Shown: positions 36,259 through 50,342 of the stretch, in pieces | Layout: every line of letters begins with the position of its first letter | How positions within the stretch are numbered: position 1 is the first letter of the stretch | Origin: Octopus bimaculoides | Lineage: Eukaryota | Assembly (NCBI RefSeq): GCF_001194135.2 | Contig: NC_068995.1 | Location: forward strand, 30,823,272-30,887,271 | DNA: 64,000 nucleotides | Reading direction: 5' to 3' | The notes under the pieces: model-generated | The model's input: only the letters and a program-made list of their open reading frames with translations | Database searches by the model: none | What the model was told of the DNA's origin: nothing | Program-made: the position numbers and the translations under genes

Positions 36259-38076
36259 GTAGATTTTATAATCATAGGAAGTTAAATAATAGAGCTTAAA
36301 CACTATGCAATACACTAATACTTTTGAATTTAGTTGAGATGAGAAAAGATTTGAAATATTAACTACAAATTGTAACGGTTTTAATTTAGAAATTTAGTTG
36401 AGTAAGTAGCAACTTAAAAATCAATATGGATTTAAATTTAATAGAAATAATTTTAAAGAAATATAATTTCTCTTTATGAACTTTCTTATTTAAATTTATA
36501 ATACTTGCCAAAAAGAAAAGTTTTTTATTTTTGGTTAAATATAAAAATTTGAAAAAAGATTTTAGTGTTTTGGGTGACATCAAAGAGTTTGCTAATGTGG
36601 CATTTATTTAATGGTTCCCTTCTCGTATGGAATACATTGATTATTATTACAAGCAAGGAAACTGGTCATTAGGAAAATGTTTAATTAAAGAAAAAGCATA
36701 ATTATCTAGAGTCAATATTTTAACACAACAAAGTATAACTTTAATTATATATCTTTTGGGATGGTCATGTGGCAAAAAATGGTGGGTAACAGACAAATTT
36801 CAGTATTTAATTTACATTCTTAGTCTAAATCTTGTTGCAATCAACTTTGTCTTTTCTTGCTCTGGGAGTCAATAAGTACCAGTTATGTACTGCGTTCATT
36901 CAGTTGGTTCTAACTCTGTTACAAAGTTTTGCACCTTGTATGAGTATAAGAAATATTAGTAATTTTTAAGTCTTCTGTTCATTAATGCCATAAGTGTAAT
37001 CTTTTCCTTTCTTCCTGTTTTTTTTTTATATATCTTTTAAACACACTGGGGAAGATTTATTATAATTTTTTTTTAACTCTCCAATTGTTCTGGTACTTTT
37101 GTTTGCTACTGTAGAGATATCAGCACTTTTAATTTTTACTAGCAGCCTTGAAAGGCAGTTCCTCTCCAGTAGGCCAGATGGAGGGGAACACACTGTACAT
37201 TGAAATCATAAAACAGTCTGACATCAGGCTTTTTGCGTTTTGATTTTTTCGAGTTTGTCTTCAATGCTATTTAGATTGTTTCTTCATGCATGTAGTAGTA
37301 ACTGAGTGTGGGTGAGTGAGTCGTAATTGAGTTTGATGTTTAAGAGTGAATAGGACAATAAATATAGCAAAGCTATTTCTGACTGTGATGCATATTCTAT
37401 ATAAGATTTAGATTGCAGAAACAAAGCTATAGTTGTAGAGGAAAACAATAGTTGAAATTAGTTTTTGACTGGTTTAAAGAATATTTGCTAGTGAAATGGA
37501 GTGTGGAAAACATTGTTTGTAAAAGTTAGAGAACTAGCCTATCAAAGAAAGGCAGCAAAAATGAAGAGCAGCTCCATTAACTTGTGACATGTGATTATCA
37601 CAGTAGTATGTGATATAAGATGCCATTTGATAGATATGTCACTCTCTTCTTATTCACACCATATTCTATGAAGAATAATTTCATAAACATTTGTGAGCAA
37701 TTATTCATGAATATATCATGAATTAAAAAAATTATTGCAATTTTATAACCAAGTGCTTACCGCCATGCCCTCAAAATAGAATAAATTGATTCCAGAATAT
37801 GGCAGGCTACTTCTCTAGCTTTTTCCTTATTGTCTGTGAAGGAATCTTTTGAGAGAATTTAATATAGTCTTGGGATTTACAAAATGAAAATCTTAGTGAA
37901 AATAGTGGATGTTAGGAGTAACATGTTCTGAGGGAGTCAACAGAAACATGTGATGTTCAGTAAATGTTTCTTTGTATCTTCTCTTTCTTAAAATATTACT
38001 GAAGAAATACTTTCAAATTAATCATAATGACTATAGTACCCTTAAAACAGTTAAGTAGGAATGATGAAACTGCATA

Positions 38077-38111
<35 letters not shown>

Positions 38112-40556
38112 NNNNNNNNNNNNNNNNNNNNNNNNNNNNNNNNNNNNNNNNNNNNNNNNNNNNNNNNNNNNNNNNNNNNNNNNNNNNNNNNNNNNNNNNN
38201 NNNNNNNNNNNNNNNNNNNNNNNNNNNNNNNNNNNNNNNNNNNNNNNNNNNNNNNNNNNNNNNNNNNNNNNNNNNNNNNNNNNNNNNNNNNNNNNNNNNN
38301 NNNNNNNNNNNNNNNNNNNNNNNNNNNNNNNNNNNNNNNNNNNNNNNNNNNNNNNNNNNNNNNNNNNNNNNNNNNNNNNNNNNNNNNNNNNNNNNNNNNN
38401 NNNNNNNNNNNNNNNNNNNNNNNNNNNNNNNNNNNNNNNNNNNNNNNNNNNNNNNNNNNNNNNNNNNNNNNNNNNNNNNNNNNNNNNNNNNNNNNNNNNN
38501 NNNNNNNNNNNNNNNNNNNNNNNNNNNNNNNNNNNNNNNNNNNNNNNNNNNNNNNNNNNNNNNNNNNNNNNNNNNNNNNNNNNNNNNNNNNNNNNNNNNN
38601 NNNNNNNNNNNNNNNNNNNNNNNNNNNNNNNNNNNNNNNNNNNNNNNNNNNNNNNNNNNNNNNNNNNNNNNNNNNNNNNNNNNNNNNNNNNNNNNNNNNN
38701 NNNNNNNNNNNNNNNNNNNNNNNNNNNNNNNNNNNNNNNNNNNNNNNNNNNNNNNNNNNNNNNNNNNNNNNNNNNNNNNNNNNNNNNNNNNNNNNNNNNN
38801 NNNNNNNNNNNNNNNNNNNNNNNNNNNNNNNNNNNNNNNNNNNNNNNNNNNNNNNNNNNNNNNNNNNNNNNNNNNNNNNNNNNNNNNNNNNNNNNNNNNN
38901 NNNNNNNNNNNNNNTATATATATATATATATTCTTTTCAAACTACAGTCTTTGAACAAAATAAACCATTTTCTGCCAATAAACAGTTCTTCGCTAGAAAA
39001 GACATTTTTTTGTCATTATTTCTCTAGTTGTTGAATTGTTTCATTTCCTTGTGCCTACCAGCACCAAATTATTGCATTTGTCATTAACTTTGATTTCAGT
39101 TTTAACTTTTCAGAATTTTTATCAAAAATTTAATTTATCTCCAGTTCATTTGTGTTGTGTTCTATTATGGATATGTAGATTATGATGGATAAAGTGATCA
39201 TTCAAATATAATGTTTATAGTTAAGCCACGGTTAGCAGTGTGTATGATAAAACAAAAGGGAAAATTGTGGGAATGGCAGGGAGATTGTTCTTGTATGCTT
39301 GTCACAATGTTGGAACATTCAAGTAGGTATTGTTTAAAATAGCATTTCATATTTGTGTGAATGTGCATGTAAATGCGTGTGTGTTTATGGAATTACATAT
39401 ATTTATATAGTTTGAATATATATATCTGTGAGTGTGTCTATAAAAAATATATTTGTGAGTGTGTGTCTATAGAAAATATATATTCGTGTGTGTGTGTGTA
39501 TATAAATATGTTTGTTCATTTTTTTTTACATCTGGCTTTTCATGCTATCCTGGGTAAGGCAAATTTACTTTTGAGGCAATGTTTTAATTGGTTGCCCTTC
39601 CTGTTGCTGACCTGTAACTGTTTTCAAGTAAATTTTAAAATTTCACTCTTTGAAGGTGCAAAGCCAATGGACAAACGACAACATCACCACTTGTACCTCA
39701 ATGATTTTTGAAGAACAAATGTAAACAAGCATGCAGACACATGCACAAATACACACATATACTTAAATACACAACCCTAGAATATTCTTTTCAAATGTAG
39801 GTTTTGAGTTATACTCACTGTTTGAGATTACCTGGCAATATTTCACCCTTGATGCAGTGGCTGGTGAGTGCATGAGGCAGAGCCCAATGCCTCACTAACA
39901 GTTGAAATATCATCCATGTTGCCAAGTGTTCTTACTGGAAGCATGTTTCATATACATTGATAAAGTACACTGCGTATGTTTTTTTCCTTAATTTGTAAAC
40001 TCTATCTTGCTTTATGAGACAACAGTAGGACTGTTTGGATTATAACATATAGGTGGCACTCTAAACCACAGCATGTTATAGTTTGGATTTTATACTTAGT
40101 GTTTAAGATGACCCTTAATTTTGGGGTAATTTGTTTCATATTCTGTCCTGTACACTATCATATATATTTATTTAGGGCTTCTTTCAGTTTTCACCTTACA
40201 AATCCACTCACAAAGCTTTGGTACTTGGGGCTACATCAGAAGGCTCTTACCCAAGAAACCATGCACTGGTTTATTAGGCATCTTCTACTGTAGCCATGTG
40301 TAAACCACATGGTCAAGGAACAAACTTAACACAGCCATGCCTGCACTAGGGTTGGTTTGAGACTAAGCAACAACTGTCCAGCAACTTGACTAACTAGTCT
40401 ACATTACTCGTATAACTGTTGTAGTCTGTTTAGAAATGGTAGGAGCCATATCAAACATGATACCAACTAGGAAGGCAATACCTTCAAATAACAACTGACT
40501 TGGACAGTCACTGTCCATCTAATCCATGTTAGCATGGAAATTAGATGGTGATTGAT

Positions 40557-40867
40557 CAGTGGTTCTTAGCCATTTTTTCTTTGTGGATCTCTTAGAATAC
40601 TATTTTATTCTGGTGCCCCATAGCCATTCATTGTTTAAAAACTAATTTTATAAATATTCCCTTCAAAATTTCTATTTTGTTTACTAAGCCTTCACTTGCG
40701 CAGGCTGAGCTATGTAAAATTCCTGAGAAAGAAACCTAACTGTTTAACAGTATAAATGCATCTAAAGCAAAAATTTTTCATGGACTCATAAAACACTATT
40801 GGGGATCCAATTTACTATTTTGCTTGTGTGGACTCCAAAAATCCTATATGGATCCTGAGAACCATTG
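40557..40867. mobile_element. hAT-type MITE
   Basis: TIRs CAGTGGTTCTTAG and CTGAGAACCATTG (reverse complement CAATGGTTCTCAG). No clean 8-bp TSD. Confidence 0.6.
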
Positions 40868-41399
40868 GTGACGATGATGATTGGTGGTGGTAGTGATAAG
40901 CCATTTATCTTCATATATGGTTGAATACATAAAGTATGTTAATACTGTGGATTCAGGTTCAGTCTTGCTGCAGGGTGCCTGAAGGCAAAATTCTTGCTCC
41001 ATAAAACTGGAACCAATCAAAGCATTGAAACAGGATTGGATAGACTGAAATTGAAAGAAGCCTGCCCTGTGAGTCACCTTGTTCTTCAGCACATATGGGA
41101 CGTGAATTAAAATACATTAAGAAGGGTGGTTTTAGGCTAAAATTATCTTGATATATAAATTCAGACTATTCATAACACATTTTCTGAAGTTAACGTGAGT
41201 CATGGAATGTCGTTTGATTGTTAATTTCTTGTCTATGGTCATAGGGCCTATAGATGATAGCAGTGGTTTCCCAGACTAGGTTTCACAAGTGTGTAATATT
41301 GCTCTGTAAAGTGGGAAGAAATCAAAAGACAAAGTATTTTATATCTTGCATTCCATACGCTACCAGCATGCTGCTTTCCAATGATAGTAACATTTCTGC

Positions 41400-41900
41400 T
41401 CTTTTTGGAGCTTTAGCATTTTGTTGTGACCTTGGTAGGGTGGCTGATGGATGCAATGCCTGACAAATGGGCAACCTATGATTCTGTTGCATACTGCTTA
41501 TTAGGTATTCACAGTTGGCCTGCATAGCAACAGGCCATTCCTCTATCTGTAAATTGGGGACCAAATGGACAGGTGTTATAAGCACACGTAAATGTTAAAG
41601 AGCAATCTTAAATTTAGGAGAACTCATCCAGCCGATAAACAGCTGTATAGAGATCTACTGCCTGTTCCCACCATTATAAAGGAAAGGCACTTATCCTTTG
41701 TGGGCCATTGCTGACAAATTGAACAAGAGCTGGTGAGAGACATACTGCTATGGATGTCAAAGCATGGCTGTACATGAGCAGGTCATCTGAATGCAGCATA
41801 TGTAGATCAACTCACCAGAGACACTAGATGCCTCCCCGAAGACCTCCCTCAAATAATACAGGACCAAGATGGATGGTGTGCATGTAATAAAAATGTCTGA
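41400..41900 (+). mobile_element. Degenerate RTE-type LINE 3' coding end (different family)
   Basis: Translates to LLWMSKHG...AYVDQLTRDTRCLPEDLPQIIQDQDGW, a recognisable RTE C-terminus. Confidence 0.55.
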
Positions 41901-42512
41901 GCAAGCGTGCACATGATGGAGATGATACATAACACTTCATTCAGAGGCTAATACTGCATACATTGTGTATTCATTCATTCATTTCCTTCAATTTTTATTT
42001 TACTTACTTGCATGGGTTACAGAAGTATGTTGAGGCATTGTTCTACATGTTGGGCCCCTCCTGAACTTAGATAACTGTATTTCAAGACAAGTATAAAGTG
42101 CCTGCAAAGCAAACTGACAACACCATTGCCCACCACACTTTCCGGAAAGCGATTGAAGATGTAAACACACACACATTGATACATGTGTGTGTGTGTGTGT
42201 ATGTATATATATATATGTATATATATGTGTATANNNNNNNNNNNNNNNNNNNNNNNNNNNNNNNNNNNNNNNNNNNNNNNNNNNNNNNNNNNNNNNNNNN
42301 NNNNNNNNNNNNNNNNNNNNNNNNNNNNNNNNNATATATATATATGTGTATGTAAATGTAGATATATATTTGTATAAATGTATATGTATGTATATGTAGA
42401 TATATATTTGTATAAATGTATATTTATATATATATATATGTGTATAGGTATATATATATTTGTATATATATATATATATTTATATATGTGTGTGTATATA
42501 TATATGTATGTA

Positions 42513-42543
<31 letters not shown>

Positions 42544-42562
42544 ATATATATATATTTGTATC

Positions 42563-42745
42563 GTGCCTGTGGCATGTAAAAGCACCCACTACACTCTCGG
42601 AGTGGTTGGTGTTAGGAAGGGCATCCAGCTGTAGAATTTCTGCCAGATGAGATTGGACCCTGCTGCAGCCATCTGGTTCGCTAGTCCTCAGTAAAATTGT
42701 GCAACCCATGCTAGCATGGAAAGTGGACGTTAAACGATGATGCTG
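42563..42745 (+). mobile_element. RTE 3'-UTR-only copy
   Basis: gtgcctgtggcatgtaaaagcacccactacactctcggagtggttgg...catgctagcatggaaagtggacgttaaacgatgatg. Confidence 0.85.
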
Positions 42746-44719
42746 ATGCCAAAGTTGAGACTGGATACTTGGTATCGAGAAGGCACACTGCCTTTAGCAG
42801 TTGTGTGATAGGATGTTCTGCTCTAGCAATTTATAGAAGGTTAGTGGCAGAAAAGAGTAACAGTGTTATTGGGAGAGCTCTGGTTTAGGGGTGGGGTCAA
42901 CGGAAATGGTCTAGCTAATCTATTTGTGGAAGATTTTCAGGTTTGGGAGTTATATGGGTAACTTCCAGAAGTCATTGGCCTGGCGGCATTACTGAGAAGC
43001 TCTACTGGATTGAGATAAATTTCACAGGCATGGAAATACTGTCAGACTGGTCTGTCCATTAAAGTATGGCTGATGGAGGAGGACATTTGCCCTTGATGTT
43101 CAGGACGGACTGAGATCTGTGGGGTTCTTTTACTGTTCCTAGATAGACGTTCTCCTGTATCAGGGTGATTGCATCATCATCATCATCCTTCATTATTTGC
43201 ATATTTTTATTTCAGTTGTTTTCCTTTTGTTTTACTTTATCCAGTTTTCTGTGTAAATCTTTGCATTTTATGTTTATCTTTTTCACCTTCATCTGTTAGC
43301 TTAAAATAAGATAATAAAATAAATAATCATCCTTATTATTAATTTATTAAAAGTATTATAGTTTATTAATGCTTGAAAAAACTTCTTAGGAATGCAGGTG
43401 GAAAGTTAGGCGAAATATGTAAGGTGGTGTCAATGAATAAAAACAAAGAGGAAAGATATTGTATTACCTTAAGTAGGTTGTTTAACCAGTCTATAATATT
43501 TTGGGAAAGATTCTTATTTTGTTGTCTAGGAAGAGTCATTATGCCAATATTAACGCACACACTGGTTCAATTCCACCCCTTTATTATTAGTCAATTGGTT
43601 AAATATTCAACTAATTGGTTGTTCATTTAATTTGGTTAAACAGCAAGTCATTTGTTATGTTTTTGTTTGTCAAAGCTCTTTCATTACTATTTGCAACCTT
43701 TTCAATGACTTTTGACATAGCCCATTATGGAGATCATGTTTGTCTGCTTGAGACCTTGTTGCATGCATGTGTGTATGTGTGCCAGAAAAGTGTTTGCGAA
43801 AATGTGTTGATACCAGTAGGCTATTAACAACACAAGTTGGCTGGTAACAGCACATTTCTCCAAACTCTGTATTTTCTTTCTTGTATTTGGAAAGGGGAAT
43901 CTTTTATTTATTGACATCTTTCATATTTTGCCCAACTTCTCACTTGCATGTCTCAAAAGTTTTTCCAGACGTTTATGTCATATTTACTTAGTTTTACTTT
44001 TTTGTTCCCCTTCAGCTCACAAGAAATCATAACATTTCTTTTGTATCTAGTTATATACATGTGTGTGTTAACAATTGTGACACTTTGTTGTAATATGAGT
44101 ATCCAGAATTCAGTTTCTGACTACTGTAAGAGCTAGTGTAGATAATGAATGGTGAATGGATATCCTTGGAGAATTTGATGGTATTTTTTATACAAGTTTT
44201 TATCTTTGTTGATTGTTTTGGAAAGCACTTTCAGAGTGTATTATCGTTATCAGTATAAACACATACATGTTCAGTATGGCTAGTGCCACAATCACTGCAT
44301 TCTGTGTATTATGCCAGACTTTTACCTTATCAATAAGGTTCTATTTCAGTCTAACTTTGTATGATAAGAATTTTTTAGTATGATCTTGCTGCTATAGAAA
44401 TATATATATATATATATATACATATATATCCATGACTTAAGCATTACTTTAAATACATTAATAGTTTTGTTGTAATTTCCTGAGAGTTGTGTTATTCATT
44501 TAACATCCATTTTTGCATGCTAGCATAGGTCTGATAAAAAGATATCTATGGCAGTATTTTATGGCCTGATGTTCTTTCTGTATCCAACTCTGACCTGTTT
44601 GCGAGTTAGGGATTCTTTTATTCTAGTGGTCTTTGAAAAAATATGATTATCAGTCATATAGACAAGGAATGTCAATATCATCAACTGCTTCAAGTGTGGA
44701 ATATCAACATTTGTTTGCT

Positions 44720-44750
<31 letters not shown>

Positions 44751-46412
44751 GACAGGCTTTCTTTAGTTTCTCTTTACCAAATTTACTTTCAAGGCATTGG
44801 TCAGCTTGAGGCTATATTAAAAGACGCACACGGTACTGTGCAGTGAAACTCAACACAAAAGCATGTTGTGAAGTAAGCTTTTTGACCACCTGGACAGTCA
44901 TGGTCTACACCTGCATTTATATTATAAATCTTCACTTAAAACTTTTCTGATAATAACTTGTCAAAGGCCTGTGTCTGGTTTTCTGTCATTTTAAACTGTT
45001 TATGTTTGTAACATAGACAGGGAAGTCACTGGCAACTAATTTAGTTAAACAGTGTGTTGTGTGAGACATGGGTTAATTTCCAATAGCATACAAGTTAATT
45101 AAGTTTTGAATCTAAAGGTTTCAAGGTGTAATTATATACAAGTCCAATGAGTGGCATGCAAGGTGAGTTAGAATCTCACCAATAAATCAGTGATTACATC
45201 TTGTTGACTTAAAGTAACAACAATGAAATGTTGTCATTTAGGTGGTTCAACAGCAATTGATGTCTACATCTCAACGTTCTATCGGCAACTAACTTTTTGC
45301 CTTTGAAAACTGGGTGGAAGTGCCAGATGTATCCTTCTGCAGCCAGCAGTAATTGGATGAAATGGGCAAAGCACAGTTGTGCTATGCCACCATAACAACA
45401 TAGTGCTAACATGTCTCTCTATATGTTTAAATCAAACCCTTCCATCATAATTTTATATAAGAAACTTTAGTGAGGTTATGTTCCAAATGCCAACTTTTGT
45501 ATTATTGTGGGTAGAGGAGTTTGCTGATTAGATTGACCCCCAGGAGGTTGAAGGGCAAAGTCAACCTTCATAGGATTCAAACTCAGAGTATAAAGATCCA
45601 GAATAGAGGGGTAATTCTTTGAACAAGTCTGCCAATCTGCCATGACCACCAACCCAATAATGATAGCATTATTTTACTTCCAAAATCAGTAGAAAAACTA
45701 CGTAGCAGCTGAATGTGTATTTAATTAGAGATTGATGATGAAAAATTTAATCCTACAAATCTGAAAATATTTTTAATTTCCTGTGAGTTTTTGTTGTAAA
45801 ATTTAGGTTTATAATGGTTAATAATGGGGTGTTTGTTTCTAATACCACCCATTCCACTATGTGTGGTGCTTGTATGTATTTAATGCAGTGGGTCTTGTTG
45901 ACTTTCCTGTTTTTGCATCCCTCAGAAGCTCATTGGTGATGATGTCAAATGAAAGGCATTCTATATTCCAGCTTTATTGGAAAATAGCTTCTATATTCAA
46001 CCAGTCAGCGAGATTTTCCTTACACTTTTAGTGTACTTTGAATAGATCAAAAACATACTAAATTCTGAATTTATCTATTTTTCAATTGGTATGAAAGACT
46101 GGAATGTGATTATGAATAAAATACTGACTAGAATTTGTAGATTATTGATGTCTGGATGATTTGAATTGGAAATAAGAACAAGTGGGTGTGTTGGTATATT
46201 GTGAAATGAAATATAAATGCTTTTTAATAAACTGTCACATCCAAGACCAGCTACTTCTGCTAATTCAGTCAAGTTTGCTAAATGTTGCGTCTGCCAGGAT
46301 TTGCCAGTTAGGTTTAATATGTTTTAATTATTCTTCATTTCATGTATATGAAGTATATGTTAGTGTGTAAATGAAAAGTGTTTGTAATGCATTCGCATGC
46401 ACGCTCGCACGT

Positions 46413-46453
<41 letters not shown>

Positions 46454-46454
46454 T

Positions 46455-47405
46455 AGAGGAATTCCCCACATTATTGAAGTAATACGTTCCTAATAAACTT
46501 GTTATATCACGAAATCCTACAATACAGAATTAATTTTCTCAGTGATTTTCATGTTATAAAAATGATAATGTGGTCTGATGATTTTTTGTTTGTTTTTGTT
46601 TTGAAGACAATAACAAAAACATGCACCACAGCCACACTTATACATGAAAATAACAAACTCAAAACATACACAGTATAATATGTATTCATAACAAATTTTG
46701 AAGGGAAATATGTTAGGGAATTAAGAATCATATTATCATAATAGGTTGTGTTGTTACCACCAGAGATTAACTACTGTGTGAGGGAGGGATGTGGTGGTGG
46801 AATGAGTTATTGGGATGGAGAGGGATGCTATCTTCTATCTTATCAGTATTAACATCTATTTTATGGATGAAGAACTTATTCAAAATTGTTTGATGTTTGT
46901 GGTGCATCATTTCTTTGTACAGGTCATATGATATTTATGTTACATTCACTACAGTTTTTATCAGCAAAAACATGTAGACCTTCTGTTAGTAATATTCCTT
47001 GCAGTCAATTCAAGTGGAGTTGGTGAAATTTCTATATTCTCATCTATGATTAAAGCTTGTACTAGTTCTAACAGCATCAGCTCATTAGATGAACTTTCTC
47101 TATGGAACACAAGCAACTCAATCACATCTATAACCTCTTCAATCCATACATCAGTTGAAAGTGCTACAATAACTTCTGAATATGATGTAGACTTTCTGCC
47201 TGTGAAAAACTTGGATACAGTCTGGCCATATAGTTTTCTAAGCAATGTTCAAAGTTGAGGTTTTACTTCATCCCAAGAATCATTTAGGTTATTTATAGCA
47301 TTTATTATGTTGGAATTTCTTCCAGAAATCTCTAGCTGTGGTTTATCCTCCTTGTCAATTACTTTCATAAGTTCTCAGATAATGTGCCTTTAAGTTAGCT
47401 ATCAA
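46455..47405 (-). mobile_element. Tigger/pogo transposase relic (C-terminal DDE region)
   Basis: Across frameshifts the minus strand reads IANLKAHYLRT...RDFWKK..INAINNLNDSWDEVKP..LRKL..., then IEEVIDVIELLVFHRESSSNELMLLE (ORF 46961..47245). A TIR-like end lies near 46455. Confidence 0.65.
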
Positions 47406-48812
47406 ATGCACACACCCACCCAGATTGATACTTGTTGTGACCTCAAGAAAATGCACACAAACATACACACAGATATTGCTGGCTTTGTGCTAAAATAAGA
47501 AAGGGTTATTGTTGTTAATGTAGATCAAAGGTTCTCAACCCATTTTGGCCAAAGGTTCCCTTTTGACCCTTGGAGTCACAAATGCAACCCCTAGAAAATA
47601 TTTTTTTATTTTTCTATATACTACTTATTTTGATATCAGCAGATAAAGATGTAAAAAAATAAAGGACATTGTTTTACATATGCGCTTACATGCAGTCGGG
47701 AGTACAGATGTACAAATTGAAATGCAAAAAAAGAAACCAAAATAATGAATAGAAAGTTAGGTAATTGCGTTTATTTCCACCATGTGACACTTTTGAGATC
47801 GTGAGATCATGTTGTTTATCAAAAGAGTGCTCTTTGGTACAAGTAAATGCCGATGAAATCATTTCAAACCTTTCTGATTTCCCTTATCAAAGCAGTTAAA
47901 ACTTGTGCAAAGTTTTGACATATAATTTATTGTCACTCAGGAAAAGGATTTTTTATGCTCAAGAAAGAGAGTGTATTTGATGGAAATTGTTGAAATACAT
48001 ATGTACTTCATATGAGTAGCAAATTGTGGAGGTTGGTATTCACTGTGCTTGGATTAGTTAGTTTGAGTCACAAAATCAGGCACCTTTTAAAATGATGTAA
48101 AAAAAATCTGAAAATTTGTCATATTAAACTTTCATTTCATATTCAAGGGCTAGTTTGTTTCATTCACAAAATCTGCATTTTTTAAAAGGAAATAAAAATA
48201 ATCTGAAAATTGGTTATCTTGATGCAGTCTTCCATGCTTATTCCTATGAAGCCATGAACTTCTGGAGAAAAAATTTGACAAACACAAAATATATATTTTC
48301 AATTCATAGTTTTAAAATATGGACAGTTCGAATCTACCATTCGTTTCTCTTTATAATTTCCAAATAATTTTTTAAATACTTCAAAATCAAAATTGTGTAA
48401 ATATGTATGCCAGAAACAGTAGTTAAAAATTAAGGAAATAGATTTTTGGGAGATCTCTTATCATGACTGACTTTTATTCCATTATTCTAATATCTTCTGA
48501 AACTTATACATATACATGTATAAATGTTTACAGAAACATTCAAATATATACATACATNNNNNNNNNNNNNNNNNNNNNNNNNNNNNNNNNNNNNNNNNNN
48601 NNNNNNNNNNNNNNNNNNNNNNNNNNNNNNNNNNNNNNNNNNNNNNNNNNNNNNNNACCCAAAGATTTACTTCTTCATAACCTTGAGAAAATTAAATATT
48701 TCTTTTCTACAAATATGCTTCAGATCATGTAGATTCTGATTAAATTGGAATTCATTGTGAAAACCATTTGTCCCTAAAGGAGTTTTAGAAAATTCACACC
48801 ATTAGGCTTTGT

Positions 48813-48883
<71 letters not shown>

Positions 48884-49480
48884 GTGTGTATACATGGGTG
48901 TATACATATTCTTTTAATTATAACTTTATACAAGCACATACTCACATAAATCTGGCACACCGTCAGTTACGACAATCACAAATATCCAAAAACTTCTTCA
49001 CCACTCTTCCAACTTCGTTTTTTGTCTCAAAAAGAAGGCTTTTGTCTACTTGGACTATGTGTTGTACCACTGCATGGCTGTCTGTCTTCTAGTATTGCTG
49101 ATGGACATGCAGCATGTCACTGATATTTCACATATAAAGTCCAGGATTATATGAAAAAGTGTGAAGACCGTCAATTGACTTTCTTCCATAAAAGTATTAA
49201 AAAATTATTTGGAAATTATAAAGAGAAACAAATGGTAGACTTGGACTGTATTTTAAAACCATGAATTAGAAATTGAAGAGGTGGGAGATTTCTTTCTTTC
49301 TTTTTTGCATAATCATATCAATTCCATTATTCAGAAGACAGAATTGAAAAAATTTTGTAAAAATCTGTTAAAATATGAAAGTTATGAGGGGTTTTAGCGT
49401 GTGCTTACATCATAATTCTGCCCATTCATATATAATATATATACTAACTTGGAAATGGATGCATGGCATCCAATCAAATA

Positions 49481-49514
<34 letters not shown>

Positions 49515-50342
49515 ATACATACATTCATGCAAGTTGTGTCCATAGGCAGTGGGTGAGGTGTGGGTGCATGTTTGCATCTCTTGTGCTTGTGAATTTAGAA
49601 GCAATGTTGTTACTATCAAAAGGTTACTGGTGCTATACTATTGTTGCTTTGTCAAATTGTTCAGTAAGGAATCACTTGGTTCAAATTAAGAGCCCTGACA
49701 CAAGTATGGGGGAGGTGACAAGGATGTCTCTATGGTTGCTTAATCTGCAAGAAACAGCAGCTATAAACTCTCAGGTTGCTGTTTTAAGTAAGAAAAAGAC
49801 ATGTTAGGTAACATGGTCTTAGGTGCACTGTTTGAAGAAGACAATAACTGATGGTCATAACTGGAATATCTTTGATTGTAGGTCTTCTAAATCCAGAGTG
49901 ACCTGGAGCTAAATAATATCAAATAGGGACGACCAGTGTTACTGTTAACATTGTGACCATGTGACACATACATTGGCAGACACTCAGTTTATCTTTGATT
50001 GCTTTGTTTTACCAGCCAAAGCTTTCAGAGTCCACCAAACCTATATTATCAATCAGTTGGTACAGATTTGGGCCAATCATAAAGAGTGAAACTCTCTTTT
50101 CACTCGGAATTTGTCATAAACATCAGAGCTTCTCTTTGATAATAGACCTTCTGAACACAGAGTTAAAGCAATCTGTCTGTAGGCTCTTTCATAGTCTGGC
50201 ATAGCCATAGGGTTTTCCAGGAGCCAAACTAGATGTTTATAAAAGAACACATTGTAGATAGGCTGTTTGTGTAATGTGAGTGAAGGAATTCATAATTCAA
50301 AGCTGCATGGTTAAGAAGCTTTCTTTTAACCACATGGTTTTT

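Noticed and set aside
42017-42709. HTHT/YIYI/CVCV-rich ORFs here and elsewhere (30282-30813, 55510-55742, 60036-60227)
   Set aside because: Translations of (CA)n and (TA)n microsatellites.
42780-43170. Possible LINE endonuclease fragment on the minus strand (AITLIQE...)
   Set aside because: Too degenerate to assign a family from sequence alone.
49150-49170. TATGAAAAAGTG as possible CSTF3 exon 4 (YEKV)
   Set aside because: Followed by an in-frame TGA and lacks flanking splice sites.
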